Origin: an uncultured bacterium
Lineage (GTDB): Bacteria; Bacillota; Clostridia; Christensenellales; UBA1242
DNA length: 63,419 nt
Direction of reading: 5' to 3'
Assembly: GCA_949398915.1 (NCBI GenBank)
Contig: CASLXJ010000001.1
Span: 1-63,419, forward strand
A program made the position numbers and the translations under genes. The notes below the pieces were generated by a model that was not told the origin of the DNA, did not search any database, and was given only the letters and a program-made list of their open reading frames with translations. Within the stretch, counting starts at the first letter, position 1. Every line of letters begins with the position of its first letter. Shown in pieces: positions 52,899 to 63,306 of the stretch.

Positions 52899-55010
52899 TT
52901 ATCTTTTGCCACAGTCTTTTTTGCATTTCCCATGGCAATTGCATCTTCCCTTCTTACAAATCTTAAACACGGTAACAGCTGAGGCAATTATTATTGCCAA
53001 ACTTGCAAGAAAGATAAGCACAGCCACCCATCCATAAGCCTCAAACGCCAGTCCCAGACGATAAACCACAAACGAGGTTATATACGCAATAATAAATTCA
53101 CTTAAAAGCCCGATAAACAACCACTTTTTGCCGATTTCTTTTCCAAGCACTGAAGCAGTTGCAAGACATGGGAAATATAAAAGACAAAAAACTAAATAGC
53201 TCAGCACCGCACTTCCGCTGGCAAAAAACGCTGGCAAACTTGCGTCTTTCACACTTTCTCCTATACCTGAAATCGAGCCTTCTTCCACTCCATTAAACAT
53301 TGCAATAGACGAAACAATGACCTCTTTTGCCACAAGCCCAGCAAGCAGAGCAGAAACAAGTCCCCACTGCCCGAAGCCGAGCGGTTTAAAAATAGGCGCA
53401 ATTATTCTTCCAAATGTTTCAAGCATGCTTTGCTCGCCACCACATACAAATTTAAAAGTTATGGTAAAATTTGAAAGCACCCAAACAATGACATTCATTG
53501 CAAGAATAAGAGAGGCCACTCTGGTCAAAAATTCTCTTACATTAAGCCACAAAAGAGACATTGTGCGCTTAAAATTCATCATTCTATATGGAGGAAATTC
53601 CAAAATAAAAGATTGCGCCTTGCTTTTAAGAAAGGTCTTTTCATAAATGAATGACATTAAAAGAGCGACAACCACACCAAGAAAATATAGCCCTAAAATA
53701 ACAAATATATTGCTAGCTCCAAAAAACGCACCGCCCAGCACAGCATAAATCGGAAACTTTGCCGAGCAGCTCATGTATGGCGTAAGCAGCCCAGTTTTAA
53801 TTTTAGAATTTTTATCTTCCATATTTCGCGCAGTAAGCACCGCTGTTGTTGAGCAACCAAAGCCCATAAGCAAGGTATAAACGCTTTTTCCGGAAAGCCC
53901 AATTTTGCCCAAAATATCTTCAAACACGAAAGCCACTCTTGACAGATAGCCGCTGTCTTCAAGCAGTGATAAAAAGAAAAACAACAATGCAACTTGAGGC
54001 AGGAAAGATAGAATAGAGCCCACTCCGCCAAATATGGCATCTTGAAAGAGACTAACAATCCAGCTGCTCTGCCCAAATGTATTTGTCAAAAACTTTATTG
54101 TAGGAGTTGCAATACACCTATCAAGCAAAAAGCCCAAACCGTCACTTAAAAATGCACCAACAGAAAAGAAAGTTAAATAAAATGCCGCTGAAATTATAAG
54201 CAAAAAGATAGGAAAAGCCAAAAATCTGTTAAGTAAAATTTTATCAAATTTTGACTGACCATAAACACGTTCATGTGCGCTGCAACATTTTGCCAAAACC
54301 TCGTCTATATAACGATATCGACATTCTGCTACGGCGTCCACACCACCAAACTCTTTTTCTATTTTAAACTTTTCTTTCACCCTCTCATCGTCTTCAAAAA
54401 GTTTAACAGCAAAAAAGTCAGCAAATTGCATTTCTTTTTCGCTTAAATTGCCTAGTTGCCCCCTGACCTTATCCAACCTTAAATCTTTTAAATAGCTTGG
54501 TCTCGACTGACCATAACCATTTTTCAACTTTTCATAAAGCTTACAAATTTGTCTGTTCACCTCTTCCCCATCCTTCTTAGATGAAGCATTTATATAGACC
54601 ACTTTCATACCTAAAAGTTTTTCAAGCAGTGCAAAATCAATTTTGCAAATTGGGCGCTTGTCAATTTGATTTACAACAAGCAGTGTAGGCAACCCCATTT
54701 CTAGTAAAGACAGAGTAAGATATAAATTTCTTTTAAGATTGCTTGCGTCACAAATGTTTACAACAAGGTCCACCGGCTTTGATAAAAGATAATCAATTGT
54801 CACCCCTTCTTCATAACTAAGCGGAGACAATGAATAAACGCCAGGTAAGTCCACCATGCGAATTTGCTGCCCTTTAAAATTATAAAGCTTTGCCTTTTCT
54901 TCCACTGTAACCCCATGCCAATTCCCCACATGTTCATGAGAAACCGTCAAAAGATTATACAGTGTAGTCTTGCCGGTATTTGGATTGCCCACCAGTGCAA
55001 CATTTATCAT
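52899..55010 (-). CDS. feoB: Ferrous iron transporter FeoB with a fused Cys-rich C-terminal tail
   Basis: G-domain GNPNTGKTT plus a polytopic permease. The C-terminus CKKGRCNCHGKCKKDCGKR resembles the FeoB-associated Cys-rich peptide. Confidence 0.9.
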   Translation of the reverse strand: MINVALVGNPNTGKTTLYNLLTVSHEHVGNWHGVTVEEKAKLYNFKGQQIRMVDLPGVYSLSPLSYEEGVTIDYLLSKPVDLVVNICDASNLKRNLYLTLSLLEMGLPTLLVVNQIDKRPICKIDFALLEKLLGMKVVYINASSKKDGEEVNRQICKLYEKLKNGYGQSRPSYLKDLRLDKVRGQLGNLSEKEMQFADFFAVKLFEDDERVKEKFKIEKEFGGVDAVAECRYRYIDEVLAKCCSAHERVYGQSKFDKILLNRFLAFPIFLLIISAAFYLTFFSVGAFLSDGLGFLLDRCIATPTIKFLTNTFGQSSWIVSLFQDAIFGGVGSILSFLPQVALLFFFLSLLEDSGYLSRVAFVFEDILGKIGLSGKSVYTLLMGFGCSTTAVLTARNMEDKNSKIKTGLLTPYMSCSAKFPIYAVLGGAFFGASNIFVILGLYFLGVVVALLMSFIYEKTFLKSKAQSFILEFPPYRMMNFKRTMSLLWLNVREFLTRVASLILAMNVIVWVLSNFTITFKFVCGGEQSMLETFGRIIAPIFKPLGFGQWGLVSALLAGLVAKEVIVSSIAMFNGVEEGSISGIGESVKDASLPAFFASGSAVLSYLVFCLLYFPCLATASVLGKEIGKKWLFIGLLSEFIIAYITSFVVYRLGLAFEAYGWVAVLIFLASLAIIIASAVTVFKICKKGRCNCHGKCKKDCGKR

Positions 55011-55204
55011 TTCGCCCCCTTAATATAGTAAAAATCACATAAAATATTAAAAAAAATGCTGTTTTTTATCAATTTTTCAATATTTTTCTTTAATTACTCC
55101 TAAAAATCGTTGATTTGCAAAAGTTAAAAATATCTTTATTTTTTAAAAAACCTCATACTTTTTTAAAACTAAATCTAACAAAATAAAAAAGAATAAAGCA
55201 TGTC

Positions 55205-55429
55205 TTAAATTTGCAAAAAACTGACAATGTCTTTTCGAAGCGTCAAGGTATACCCCCGAAGCTCAATCATATAAGCATTGCCAAGCAAAGACTTTCTCAC
55301 CACTCTTGCTTTCACACCTCTTGTAAAACCAAGCTCCAACAGTCGTCTCTTTATTTTTATCGGAGCAAGCACAGAAATACCTTTGATGGTTGTGTATTGC
55401 CCCCTCTTTGAAGATAATAGATTTGCCAT
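55205..55429 (-). CDS. feoA: FeoA-family iron transport protein
   Basis: 74 aa, SH3-like FeoA pattern (LLELGFTRGVKARVVRKSLLGNAYMIELRGYTLTLR). Located upstream of feoB. Confidence 0.8.
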   Translation of the reverse strand: MANLLSSKRGQYTTIKGISVLAPIKIKRRLLELGFTRGVKARVVRKSLLGNAYMIELRGYTLTLRKDIVSFLQI

Positions 55430-55588
55430 AGCATAATTTATTAGGTCAAGCCCTCACCTATGACAAAATTCGCAAAAATTCTCAAAAAACTCTGTTTTAA
55501 AGTAGAATTTTACCACCCTCAAAAATCAACCTTTTAAAATTGCTTTTGCCATAATAAAATATATTGAATATTTTTTTAGACAAAAAAG

Positions 55589-55617
55589 TTGAAAAATGAT
55601 TTAATTTATGGTAAAAT
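55589..55617 (+). promoter_or_regulatory. Candidate nrdR promoter (TTGAAA-N17-TAAAAT)
   Basis: TTGAAA at 55589-55594, a 17-nt spacer, then TAAAAT at 55612-55617. About 40 nt upstream of the nrdR ATG. Confidence 0.45.
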
Positions 55618-55656
55618 ATAATTACTAAAAAGAAATAAAATTTTAAGGAGAACAAT

Positions 55657-56100
55657 ATGAAATGTATTTATTGTGGAGCAGAAGAAAGTAAGGTGCTTGA
55701 CTCAAGAAACAGCGAAGAGTCAAATGCCATTCGTCGTCGTCGTGAATGCCTTGTTTGTGGAAGACGCTTCACCACTTATGAAACAATTGAAACTACACCT
55801 ATTTTAGTTATTAAAAATGATGGCTCAAGACAATCTTTTGACCCAGAAAAACTTAAACGCGGTATTATTAAAGCTTGCGAAAAAAGACCTGTAAGCATGA
55901 GCCAAATTGAAAATATCGTAGGAACAATTGAAAAACAAATTCAAAACAAACTCACCCAAGAAGTAAAATCTTCTCAACTTGGTGAAATGGTTATGGACGC
56001 ACTTAAAGGTATTGACGAAGTTGCCTATGTGCGTTTTGCTTCAGTATATCGCCAATTTAAAGATCTTGACAGCTTCAAAAAACTGCTTGATAATATGTAA
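55657..56100 (+). CDS. nrdR: Transcriptional repressor NrdR
   Basis: MKCIYCGAEESKVLDSR zinc ribbon plus a second CxxC, followed by an ATP-cone domain. Confidence 0.9.
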   Translation: MKCIYCGAEESKVLDSRNSEESNAIRRRRECLVCGRRFTTYETIETTPILVIKNDGSRQSFDPEKLKRGIIKACEKRPVSMSQIENIVGTIEKQIQNKLTQEVKSSQLGEMVMDALKGIDEVAYVRFASVYRQFKDLDSFKKLLDNM

Positions 56101-56116
56101 ATAGTGAGGAATTATT

Positions 56117-56569
56117 ATGAGTGTAGAAAGCTATAAATTTTATAGACAATATCAATCAGACGATATAGAGATTACAGAAAAATTTTTTCAAAGAGGAATA
56201 TGCCAATTTTTATACAATATTATAGAACATTCTAAAGACGAAACTCTTTTAAAAGCGGTTGATAAAACAATAACAAATTTTGTTGAAATAGGCACTTATG
56301 TCAAAGATACAAAAGTAGGATCTACAATGCAATATTATATAGATGCTTCTGAAATTCCTCAAGAAATATATGTTGAATTGAAAGCACAAAACAAAATTGT
56401 CATGGCAGAGTATAAAAAACAGCAAATTCAAGAACAAAAAGCTAAACAACAAGCTGAAAAATTTGAAAAACAGCAAAAAAGCGATGAAGTATTAAATCTT
56501 CTAAAAGGCAAAAAGATAAAAAACGATTTTGAAGAAGATGAGGAATTTTTGCCAAAAATAGATGATTAA
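56117..56569 (+). CDS. Hypothetical protein (paralog pair with the next gene)
   Basis: RBS GTGAGGA. Shares the pattern C..(L/I)..I.......L......I.N......(Y)ID..EIP..I....K.N.KI with 56588-56992. Lys/Gln-rich tail. Confidence 0.5.
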   Translation: MSVESYKFYRQYQSDDIEITEKFFQRGICQFLYNIIEHSKDETLLKAVDKTITNFVEIGTYVKDTKVGSTMQYYIDASEIPQEIYVELKAQNKIVMAEYKKQQIQEQKAKQQAEKFEKQQKSDEVLNLLKGKKIKNDFEEDEEFLPKIDD

Positions 56570-56587
56570 GAGAGGTTTAAAATTATA

Positions 56588-56992
56588 ATGAATTATGAAT
56601 ATAACAGACATGACAATTATAAAGATAAAAATCATGAATTTATAAATGCATATTTAAATGATGAGAGAAAAATAACAACAAGAAAAGGACTTTGTAAAAA
56701 TATTTTTGAAATATTGCACTATACTGAAAATGCTCAATTAAAATTACAAATTGGTAAAATATTATTAAATTATACAAATGTATATGACAGTATTTGGGGC
56801 TCTTATATTGATTTGGCAGAAATTCCTAGAGCAATTTGTAAGGCAATCAAGACAAATTATAAAATCAACAAAGGCGATATTAAAATCAATAAAACTTTAA
56901 AGAAAGAAGCAGATAAAGCTTATAATAAAGAAGTAAAATTATATTATAAAAAACAAGCTGAAAAACTTTTTGACTCATCTTTAGAACTTTAA
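56588..56992 (+). CDS. Hypothetical protein (paralog of 56117-56569)
   Basis: RBS AGAGG. Similarity to the preceding ORF as described there. Confidence 0.5.
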   Translation: MNYEYNRHDNYKDKNHEFINAYLNDERKITTRKGLCKNIFEILHYTENAQLKLQIGKILLNYTNVYDSIWGSYIDLAEIPRAICKAIKTNYKINKGDIKINKTLKKEADKAYNKEVKLYYKKQAEKLFDSSLEL

Positions 56993-57069
56993 TATAGAGA
57001 AAAAACAACGCATTTTACGCGCTGTTTTTTTATAACAATCATATAATATCAACTAAAATTAAAAAAAAT

Positions 57070-57366
57070 TTATCTTTGATTTTTATCTGCATTCTGTGTC
57101 AAGATATATGGATTGTTTGGTGGACATACAGGTGGCAACTCCACAAGTATTGTATCCTCCCCAATTCTAACAATGCAGTTGTAAGGTAAAAACAGCTGAT
57201 TGTTGTTTTTGAATATGTTCCAACCGCTTTTTTCGGCCGGCAACATAAACCCAAGCACACGCGCCGAGTTTAAATCAAAAATCAAATCAATAATATGCCC
57301 AAGCCTTCTACCGTCCAAGACATTAACCACTTCTTTGCACCTTAACTCTATAAATGAACTTTCCAC
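57070..57366 (-). CDS. PRC-barrel sporulation protein YlmC/YmxH family
   Basis: RCKEVVNVLDGRRLGHIIDLIFDL...RIGEDTILV is the typical YlmC/YmxH sequence. Downstream of sigG, as in other sporeformers. Confidence 0.75.
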   Translation of the reverse strand: MESSFIELRCKEVVNVLDGRRLGHIIDLIFDLNSARVLGFMLPAEKSGWNIFKNNNQLFLPYNCIVRIGEDTILVELPPVCPPNNPYILTQNADKNQR

Positions 57367-57404
57367 AGCCTAACATTATGTTTGTTTTCAACATTTTATG
57401 ACAA

Positions 57405-58178
57405 TTAAACCAAAAATTCTTTAATTACCTTAAGAGCATTTTTTTCAAGCCTTGAAACTTGCGCCTGACTTATCCCTATTTCCTGCGAAACTTCTGTCTG
57501 AGTCTTTCCAATATAATATCTCATCATAAGAATTTCGCGTTCTCTGTCTGAAAGAGTTTTGATAGCATCTTTAATAGACAAATTTTCAAAGATATTTTCG
57601 TCCGTGTTTTTTGTGTCGGCAATTTGGTCAAGCAAATGAATGGTGTCTGCCCCATCAGTGTAAACAGGGTCATTAAGCGAAACAGTATCACTTATCGCAT
57701 CAAGTGCAAAAGTTACACTTGAAAGAGGAACATCAATCTTTTTTGCAATATCATCAAGCGTCGGCTCAACAAAGGACTCTTTTGACAACTCCTCCTTTGC
57801 CTGCAACGCCTTATATGCAATATCGCGAAGGGAGCGCGAAACACGCACAGAGTTGTTGTCTCGAAGATATCTTCTTATCTCACCCACAATCATTGGCACC
57901 GCATAGGTTGAAAATTTGACATTCAATGAATTATCAAAATTGTCAATCGCTTTTAAAAGCCCTACACAGCCTACTTGAAACATATCATCAGCACGCCCAC
58001 CCTTCGCACAAAATCTGTGCACAACAGAAAGCACAAGCCTTAAGTTTGCAACCACAAACTTTTCTCTTGCCCTTTCATCACCAAGCTTAACTTTCATCAT
58101 CAACTCTTCCATATCTTTACCAGAAAGTTTAGGAAGTTTTGCGGTATCAACGCCAGCAATGCAAACTCTTGACGACAT
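57405..58178 (-). CDS. sigG: Sporulation sigma factor SigG
   Basis: Near-colinear with Bacillus SigG: CIAGVDTAKLP, NLRLVLSV, KFSTYAVPMIVGEIRRYLRDNNSVRVSRSLRDIAYKALQ. Confidence 0.88.
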   Translation of the reverse strand: MSSRVCIAGVDTAKLPKLSGKDMEELMMKVKLGDERAREKFVVANLRLVLSVVHRFCAKGGRADDMFQVGCVGLLKAIDNFDNSLNVKFSTYAVPMIVGEIRRYLRDNNSVRVSRSLRDIAYKALQAKEELSKESFVEPTLDDIAKKIDVPLSSVTFALDAISDTVSLNDPVYTDGADTIHLLDQIADTKNTDENIFENLSIKDAIKTLSDREREILMMRYYIGKTQTEVSQEIGISQAQVSRLEKNALKVIKEFLV

Positions 58179-58535
58179 ATTCCCTCCAAGTCATAAACAT
58201 ATCTTCCTCAAAGGGACTTATTTTTATTCAAAGCCGACAAAAAAGGACAAAAACACAAAAAATATTGTTTTTTTTGCATTTTTTGCCCATTTTAAAGACA
58301 TTTTTGTTTAATTATTATAAAACTATATTTTATTTAGCCTTATTAAAAAACTGTTTTTAATACCTTTTTTATGTTTAAATATATCTTAATTAAAGCCGTT
58401 TTTTTGTTTGAGAATTTTCAATGATTATTTTATTCATTTTAATCTAAACATATTTTTTTAACAAAATATACCAAACATTAAAACAAGAAAGTTTGAAATA
58501 TACAAAAGCAAAAACTACTGGTTATTAAAACAATC

Positions 58536-58585
58536 AAAATAGAAACAAACGAAAATAGAAACAAACGAAAATAGAAACAAACGAA
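58536..58585. repeat. Perfect 16-nt x 3 tandem repeat (aaaatagaaacaaacg) between sigE and sigG
   Basis: Copies at 58536-58551, 58552-58567 and 58568-58583, plus a 2-nt partial copy. Lies 6 nt downstream of the sigE stop. Confidence 0.9.
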
Positions 58586-58590
58586 GTTTG

Positions 58591-59322
58591 TCAATTTGAA
58601 AGCTGTTTTTGAATTTCAAGTTTCATATCAAATAAAATACGCTTTTCAAGCCTTGAAATATAACTCTGACTTATTCCAAGTTTAACCGCAACTTCTCTTT
58701 GAGTAAGCTCTTGCTGCCCTTCAAGTCCATATCTCAACACCATTATTTCACGCTCACGACTATTAAGCTTTGAAATCAATTCTCCAATAAGCTGTTTATC
58801 CCCCGGCTCATCAACGGCAGTAGTAATGAGGTCGTCATCACTTGGAATGATGTCGGCAAGCACAAGCTGATTTCCATCAAAATCTTCGCTTAATGGCTTG
58901 TCTAAACTTAAATCATTCTTAATTTTACTGTTTTTTCTAATTTGCATCAAAATTTCATTCTCAATACAACGAGAAGCATAAGTGGCAAGCCTTATGTTTT
59001 TATCCGCTTTAAAAGTTTTGACTGCTTTAATAAGCCCTATTGCACCAGTAGAAATCAAATCTTCATAATCAATGTTTGTATTTTCAAACTTTCTGGCAAT
59101 ATAAGCAACAAGCCTCAAATTATGTTCAATCAATCTTTCAGTGGCTCTTACATCGCCAGTCTCTTTAAGCTCCAACAATCGCATTTCTTCATCACTGCTA
59201 AGCGGTGGCAAAAATTCCTCATTTCCACAAACATAGCAAACGATGTTTTTGGCTGTAAGTAAATTATCCCTATGAAAAAGCTCATAAAAGAATTTTCTTA
59301 TTTTAAATAATATGTATTGCAT
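58591..59322 (-). CDS. sigE: Sporulation sigma factor SigE (pro-sigma-E)
   Basis: N-terminal pro-sequence followed by LPPLSSDEE, NLRLVAYIARKFENT, LATYASRCIENEILM and ISQSYISRLEKR, all matching SigE. Confidence 0.88.
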   Translation of the reverse strand: MQYILFKIRKFFYELFHRDNLLTAKNIVCYVCGNEEFLPPLSSDEEMRLLELKETGDVRATERLIEHNLRLVAYIARKFENTNIDYEDLISTGAIGLIKAVKTFKADKNIRLATYASRCIENEILMQIRKNSKIKNDLSLDKPLSEDFDGNQLVLADIIPSDDDLITTAVDEPGDKQLIGELISKLNSREREIMVLRYGLEGQQELTQREVAVKLGISQSYISRLEKRILFDMKLEIQKQLSN

Positions 59323-59420
59323 AATTGCTCCTTTAATTTAATAATATTTTAGTAAATAATGATAAAATTGCGTTTTTTTGCGTTTTTTCAACGATTTTTG
59401 CCAATTTTTCATAAATTATC

Positions 59421-60230
59421 TTAAGAGTAATCACAATGCAGTAAAACTTTCTTGCCAAAGCTTTTCTCAAAGCCAGAGAAGGATAGTCCAAGTGAGACAT
59501 TTTTAAAGCTCTTTTCTTGTCCCTCTAAAGTAAGCTCATCAATCGTGAAAATCAACATATTTGTGCCTTTCCCAATACCATTGATTTTCATATAGTGACC
59601 ATTTTTAATTTCTTTAAAATCAAAATCTTTTGTCAAAAGAGACAGATAGGTGATGTTTTCATAAAACTTATGAAATACATCAAAGGTCACAAGCACAATT
59701 GGTTTTTGAGTAATTGAGTCATAAAGAACATTTCCACTGTCAAGATAGCCCTCTTCATTTATCACCTTATCTCCATCTTTAAAGGTGACTTGATAGGTAA
59801 ATTTTTTCATTCTATTGAAATGAAAGCAAACTTTAAACACTATCGCTGCTATTAAATAAACACCAAGCCCAATAATAGAGACAATAAACAATGGAAAATC
59901 ACCAAAAGTTTCTCTTACAGCAAGACATCCCCCGCCCAACAAAAAGGTTGAAAGCAGAAAAGCGCCCAAAACATAAGCAAAGTTTTTAAAGGATTTATAC
60001 TTAAAGGAAATCAAGACCATAAGCATACCCTCAAAGCAAACCAAGCATGCCTTAACAACTCCACTTATGTTCCACATAGGAATTAAAAGAGTAAAAGCGC
60101 TGCCAAGAAAGGAAGATAAAATAAAAAGTCTTCCGCTTTGCCTGCTTATGAGTGACGCAAGCTTTTGGCAAATAAAGTTTAAAAAAAAGCATATACAAAG
60201 GCTTTCTTCTACGATAATCTCCATGCTCAC
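59421..60230 (-). CDS. spoIIGA: Sigma-E processing peptidase SpoIIGA
   Basis: Five N-terminal TM helices plus a C-terminal aspartic protease domain with the DSGN motif (GYLDSGNVLYD). Directly upstream of sigE. Confidence 0.75.
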   Translation of the reverse strand: MSMEIIVEESLCICFFLNFICQKLASLISRQSGRLFILSSFLGSAFTLLIPMWNISGVVKACLVCFEGMLMVLISFKYKSFKNFAYVLGAFLLSTFLLGGGCLAVRETFGDFPLFIVSIIGLGVYLIAAIVFKVCFHFNRMKKFTYQVTFKDGDKVINEEGYLDSGNVLYDSITQKPIVLVTFDVFHKFYENITYLSLLTKDFDFKEIKNGHYMKINGIGKGTNMLIFTIDELTLEGQEKSFKNVSLGLSFSGFEKSFGKKVLLHCDYS

Positions 60231-60670
60231 CTCGCATTGCTAGTTTAGCATTTTCTTATGCTTTCACAAACTTAAAATTTAGGGATATTTGTCGAGATAA
60301 CGCAAGTTTTCAAGAAGTTTAGATGATTGAAAATTCAGCATTTTTCATGCAATTTCACAAACAAAACTTAAGCTCTAAAAGTAAACATTTATTCAAAAAG
60401 AATTATAATTTAACCCAAATAAGCAAAACCTTTTAATGCAAATCAATATACAATTAACAATACGCTTTTAAGCTTAATTTTGCATTTATTTCATAAAAAT
60501 AACATAAAAGCAATAAAAAAAAGTGATTTTTTATCATTTTTTTGCTAAATTTTATTAAATTATTAAAACAAAAAAAATTAAATGATAAATATGCATAAAA
60601 AAAAGACACCTTTAAATCATGTGATTGGTGTCTTTTGTTTTTTAATAAATTATTTAATTCAAACTGAATT

Positions 60671-61894
60671 TTAGTTTTTATTTCTTCTAAGTTTTTCAAT
60701 CCAAGGTGGAACGCTTGAATTATTCACTTCAACTCTTGAAGAGCCAAGGTCATTTTTTCTTTCAAGAGAAACATCTGGTTTAATAGGGGCAGCAGCCTCT
60801 TCTTCTTTCTCTTTTTGAACATAACCAGCAAACAAACTTCTTGCAGAATATTCAGGACGACTTGCTTGTCCCATGTTTCCGATAGAACGAGCGGCAGCCA
60901 TTTCGTTTGCCTTTTTCTCTTCTTCTTCCTTTGCTTTTAAATCATTTGGATTTTGGAAGCCAGTTGCAATCAAAGTGATTTCCACTTCATCTCTCATATT
61001 TTCATCCATGCTTGTACCAAAGATGATGTTGCAGTTTTCATCAACAACTTCTCTTACAAGTGCAGTTGCTTCACTGATATCGTCTTGAGTAAGGTCGCCG
61101 CCGCCTTTAACATTGATAAGAATGCCAGTAGCACCTTCAATTGTTGTTTCAAGAAGAGGGCTTGCAACAGCTTGTTTTACAGCTTCAAGAGCTTTATTGT
61201 CACCAGTGCCATAACCGATACCCATGTGCGCCAAACCTTTATCTCTCATAATAGTGCAAACATCAGCAAAGTCAAGATTGATAAGACCAGGGAATACGAT
61301 AAGGTCAGAAATTCCTTGAACACCTTGTCTTAAAACATCATCGGCGAATCTGAAAGACTCAACAAGAGGTGTCTTCTTAGGAAGAATTTCAAGCAATCTT
61401 TCATTTGGAATTACCACAAGAGCGTCAACATATTTTCTAAGTTTTTCAAGACCTTCATCAGCGTTCTTTTGTCTGATTGGTCCTTCAAAATTGAAAGGCT
61501 TTGTGATGACTGCAATAGTAAGAATGCCAAGCTCTTTTGCAATTTGAGCAATTACAGGAGCCGCACCAGTACCTGTTCCACCACCCATTCCGGCAGTAAT
61601 AAAAACTAAGTTGGCATCTTTAAGCATTTCAGTAATTGAAGTTTTGCTCTCTTCAGCAGCTTTTTGTCCAGTTTCTGGTCTTGCACCAGCGCCACGACCA
61701 CCAGTCAATCTCTCTCCAATTTGAAGTCTTGTCTCAGCTTTGCTTAAAAGCAAAGTTTGCTGGTCAGTATTTACTGCGATAAACTCAGCAACATTTACGC
61801 CTGCATCAATCATACGATTGACAGCATTGTTTCCGCCTCCGCCAACTCCAATAACTTTAATTCTTGTTGCAGAAGTGTTGTAATTATTTTCCAT
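60671..61894 (-). CDS. ftsZ: Cell division GTPase FtsZ
   Basis: [17 protein letters not shown], the tubulin signature [11 protein letters not shown], and a C-terminal conserved peptide. Confidence 0.95.
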   Translation of the reverse strand: MENNYNTSATRIKVIGVGGGGNNAVNRMIDAGVNVAEFIAVNTDQQTLLLSKAETRLQIGERLTGGRGAGARPETGQKAAEESKTSITEMLKDANLVFITAGMGGGTGTGAAPVIAQIAKELGILTIAVITKPFNFEGPIRQKNADEGLEKLRKYVDALVVIPNERLLEILPKKTPLVESFRFADDVLRQGVQGISDLIVFPGLINLDFADVCTIMRDKGLAHMGIGYGTGDNKALEAVKQAVASPLLETTIEGATGILINVKGGGDLTQDDISEATALVREVVDENCNIIFGTSMDENMRDEVEITLIATGFQNPNDLKAKEEEEKKANEMAAARSIGNMGQASRPEYSARSLFAGYVQKEKEEEAAAPIKPDVSLERKNDLGSSRVEVNNSSVPPWIEKLRRNKN

Positions 61895-62196
61895 TGTTTT
61901 CTCCTTGAAATGTTTAAGGCTTTCGCCTTATTTAATAATTTTAATTCAGCCCGCAAGGTCCTTCTTTTTGCCCCGAGCTTCAAACCTTAAGTATTGTAAT
62001 ACTTTTTGAATAAAATTGCAATATATTTTCAATAAATTTTTTATAAAATGTATAAAAGCCTTTGTTTATACATGATTTATGAATATTTATTCATTTGCAT
62101 TATAGACCATTATTCATAGAATAACAAGCGTTTTTTCACAATTTGTTTATTTTTTTGTGTTTTTGCTTTTTATTTGTTTTTTAACAGCCCCAAGAT

Positions 62197-63306
62197 TTAA
62201 TCAAGAGCGGCATTTATAAGCGAATAAATTGACGCAAGCTCAGTCTTTTCCTTGCCTGGCACATTTGGCACGCCATAACTTACATTACGCCCAAGGCACT
62301 TTGCCAAGAAATCGCGCCCACCCTTTATTTTGGCAATTCCACCGCCGCAAAGGTAGATTGGAATATAGCTGTCAAATTGAGAAGAATTCATTTGCAAACT
62401 CTTTGCAATGACCTCAGCAAGCTCTTCAATTCTGTAGGCAACAACCTCATTTGCAAAGTTTAACGATATTCTCGTAGTTTTTCCAACATCTGTGCCAAGC
62501 TCATAAATATCATTTTGCCCGCCCTTAATAGACAGAACAATTTGCTTCTTCAGCCTGTCCGCCTCACTCATTGAAAGGTCAAACGCTTCAGCAAGGTCGT
62601 TTGTTATAAATCCGCCCCCGCGCGAAACAGATGTAAGTCCGCTCAAGCCATCACCTTTAATAAACGCAATGCTTGTTGAAAGGTCGCCGCCGTCTACAAG
62701 AAGAGCAAAGTCTTCCCTTTTCTCTTTTGGCACGATGTATTGAGCTTCAGCAAGTGGCTCTGAAATATATTCAACTGTTGAAAAATTTAGGCCACCAGCG
62801 ATTGAATTAAAAAGTTCAATAAAATCTCTATTAACATAAATTATTGAAAGTTTTGCCGACAAAGTCGTTCCGCTTTCACCAAGAGGGTCAAGACTTGAAA
62901 AGCCATCAAGAGCAAACGACAGCGGACTTACCGAAACAACTTCCACCTCTCCACTCTTTGACTTTTCGCCAGCCAAATAAAAAAGCGAGTCTAAATCAGT
63001 TTTTTTCACCTTTCTTCTGTTTCCAAAATTGATGCTTTCTTCAATGACCGCAACTGATGAAAACTCAGCCGGCACACCAATATACATTTTATCTATCTTT
63101 TCACTTTGAAGATCAAGATCTCCCACAATTTGCTCAAACACAGCTGGCAGTTTATCTTTATTTAAAAATTCACCCTCGAAAAAGCCATCATAACTGACCT
63201 CTTTAAAGCCCTTGACTTTAAAAGTGCCATTGATGCCTCTCCCTGCCACCATAGCCCGCAATTTTGAAGATCCGATATCAAAAGCCAAAACGAAATTTTC
63301 TTTCAT
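62197..63306 (-). CDS. ftsA: Cell division protein FtsA (short form)
   Basis: Actin-like ATPase pattern (FDIGSSKLRAMV, VDGGDLSTSI, LCGGGIAKI). Directly upstream of ftsZ. Confidence 0.8.
   Translation of the reverse strand: MKENFVLAFDIGSSKLRAMVAGRGINGTFKVKGFKEVSYDGFFEGEFLNKDKLPAVFEQIVGDLDLQSEKIDKMYIGVPAEFSSVAVIEESINFGNRRKVKKTDLDSLFYLAGEKSKSGEVEVVSVSPLSFALDGFSSLDPLGESGTTLSAKLSIIYVNRDFIELFNSIAGGLNFSTVEYISEPLAEAQYIVPKEKREDFALLVDGGDLSTSIAFIKGDGLSGLTSVSRGGGFITNDLAEAFDLSMSEADRLKKQIVLSIKGGQNDIYELGTDVGKTTRISLNFANEVVAYRIEELAEVIAKSLQMNSSQFDSYIPIYLCGGGIAKIKGGRDFLAKCLGRNVSYGVPNVPGKEKTELASIYSLINAALD

Noticed and set aside
58536-58585. Possible CRISPR array
   Set aside because: The copies are directly abutting 16-nt units with no spacers, and there are no cas genes in the window. 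It is a simple tandem repeat.
60454-60699. 81-aa ORF between spoIIGA and ftsZ
   Set aside because: It lies in an AT-rich intergenic sequence, overlaps the ftsZ 3' end, and gives a low-complexity K/N/F-rich product with no RBS.
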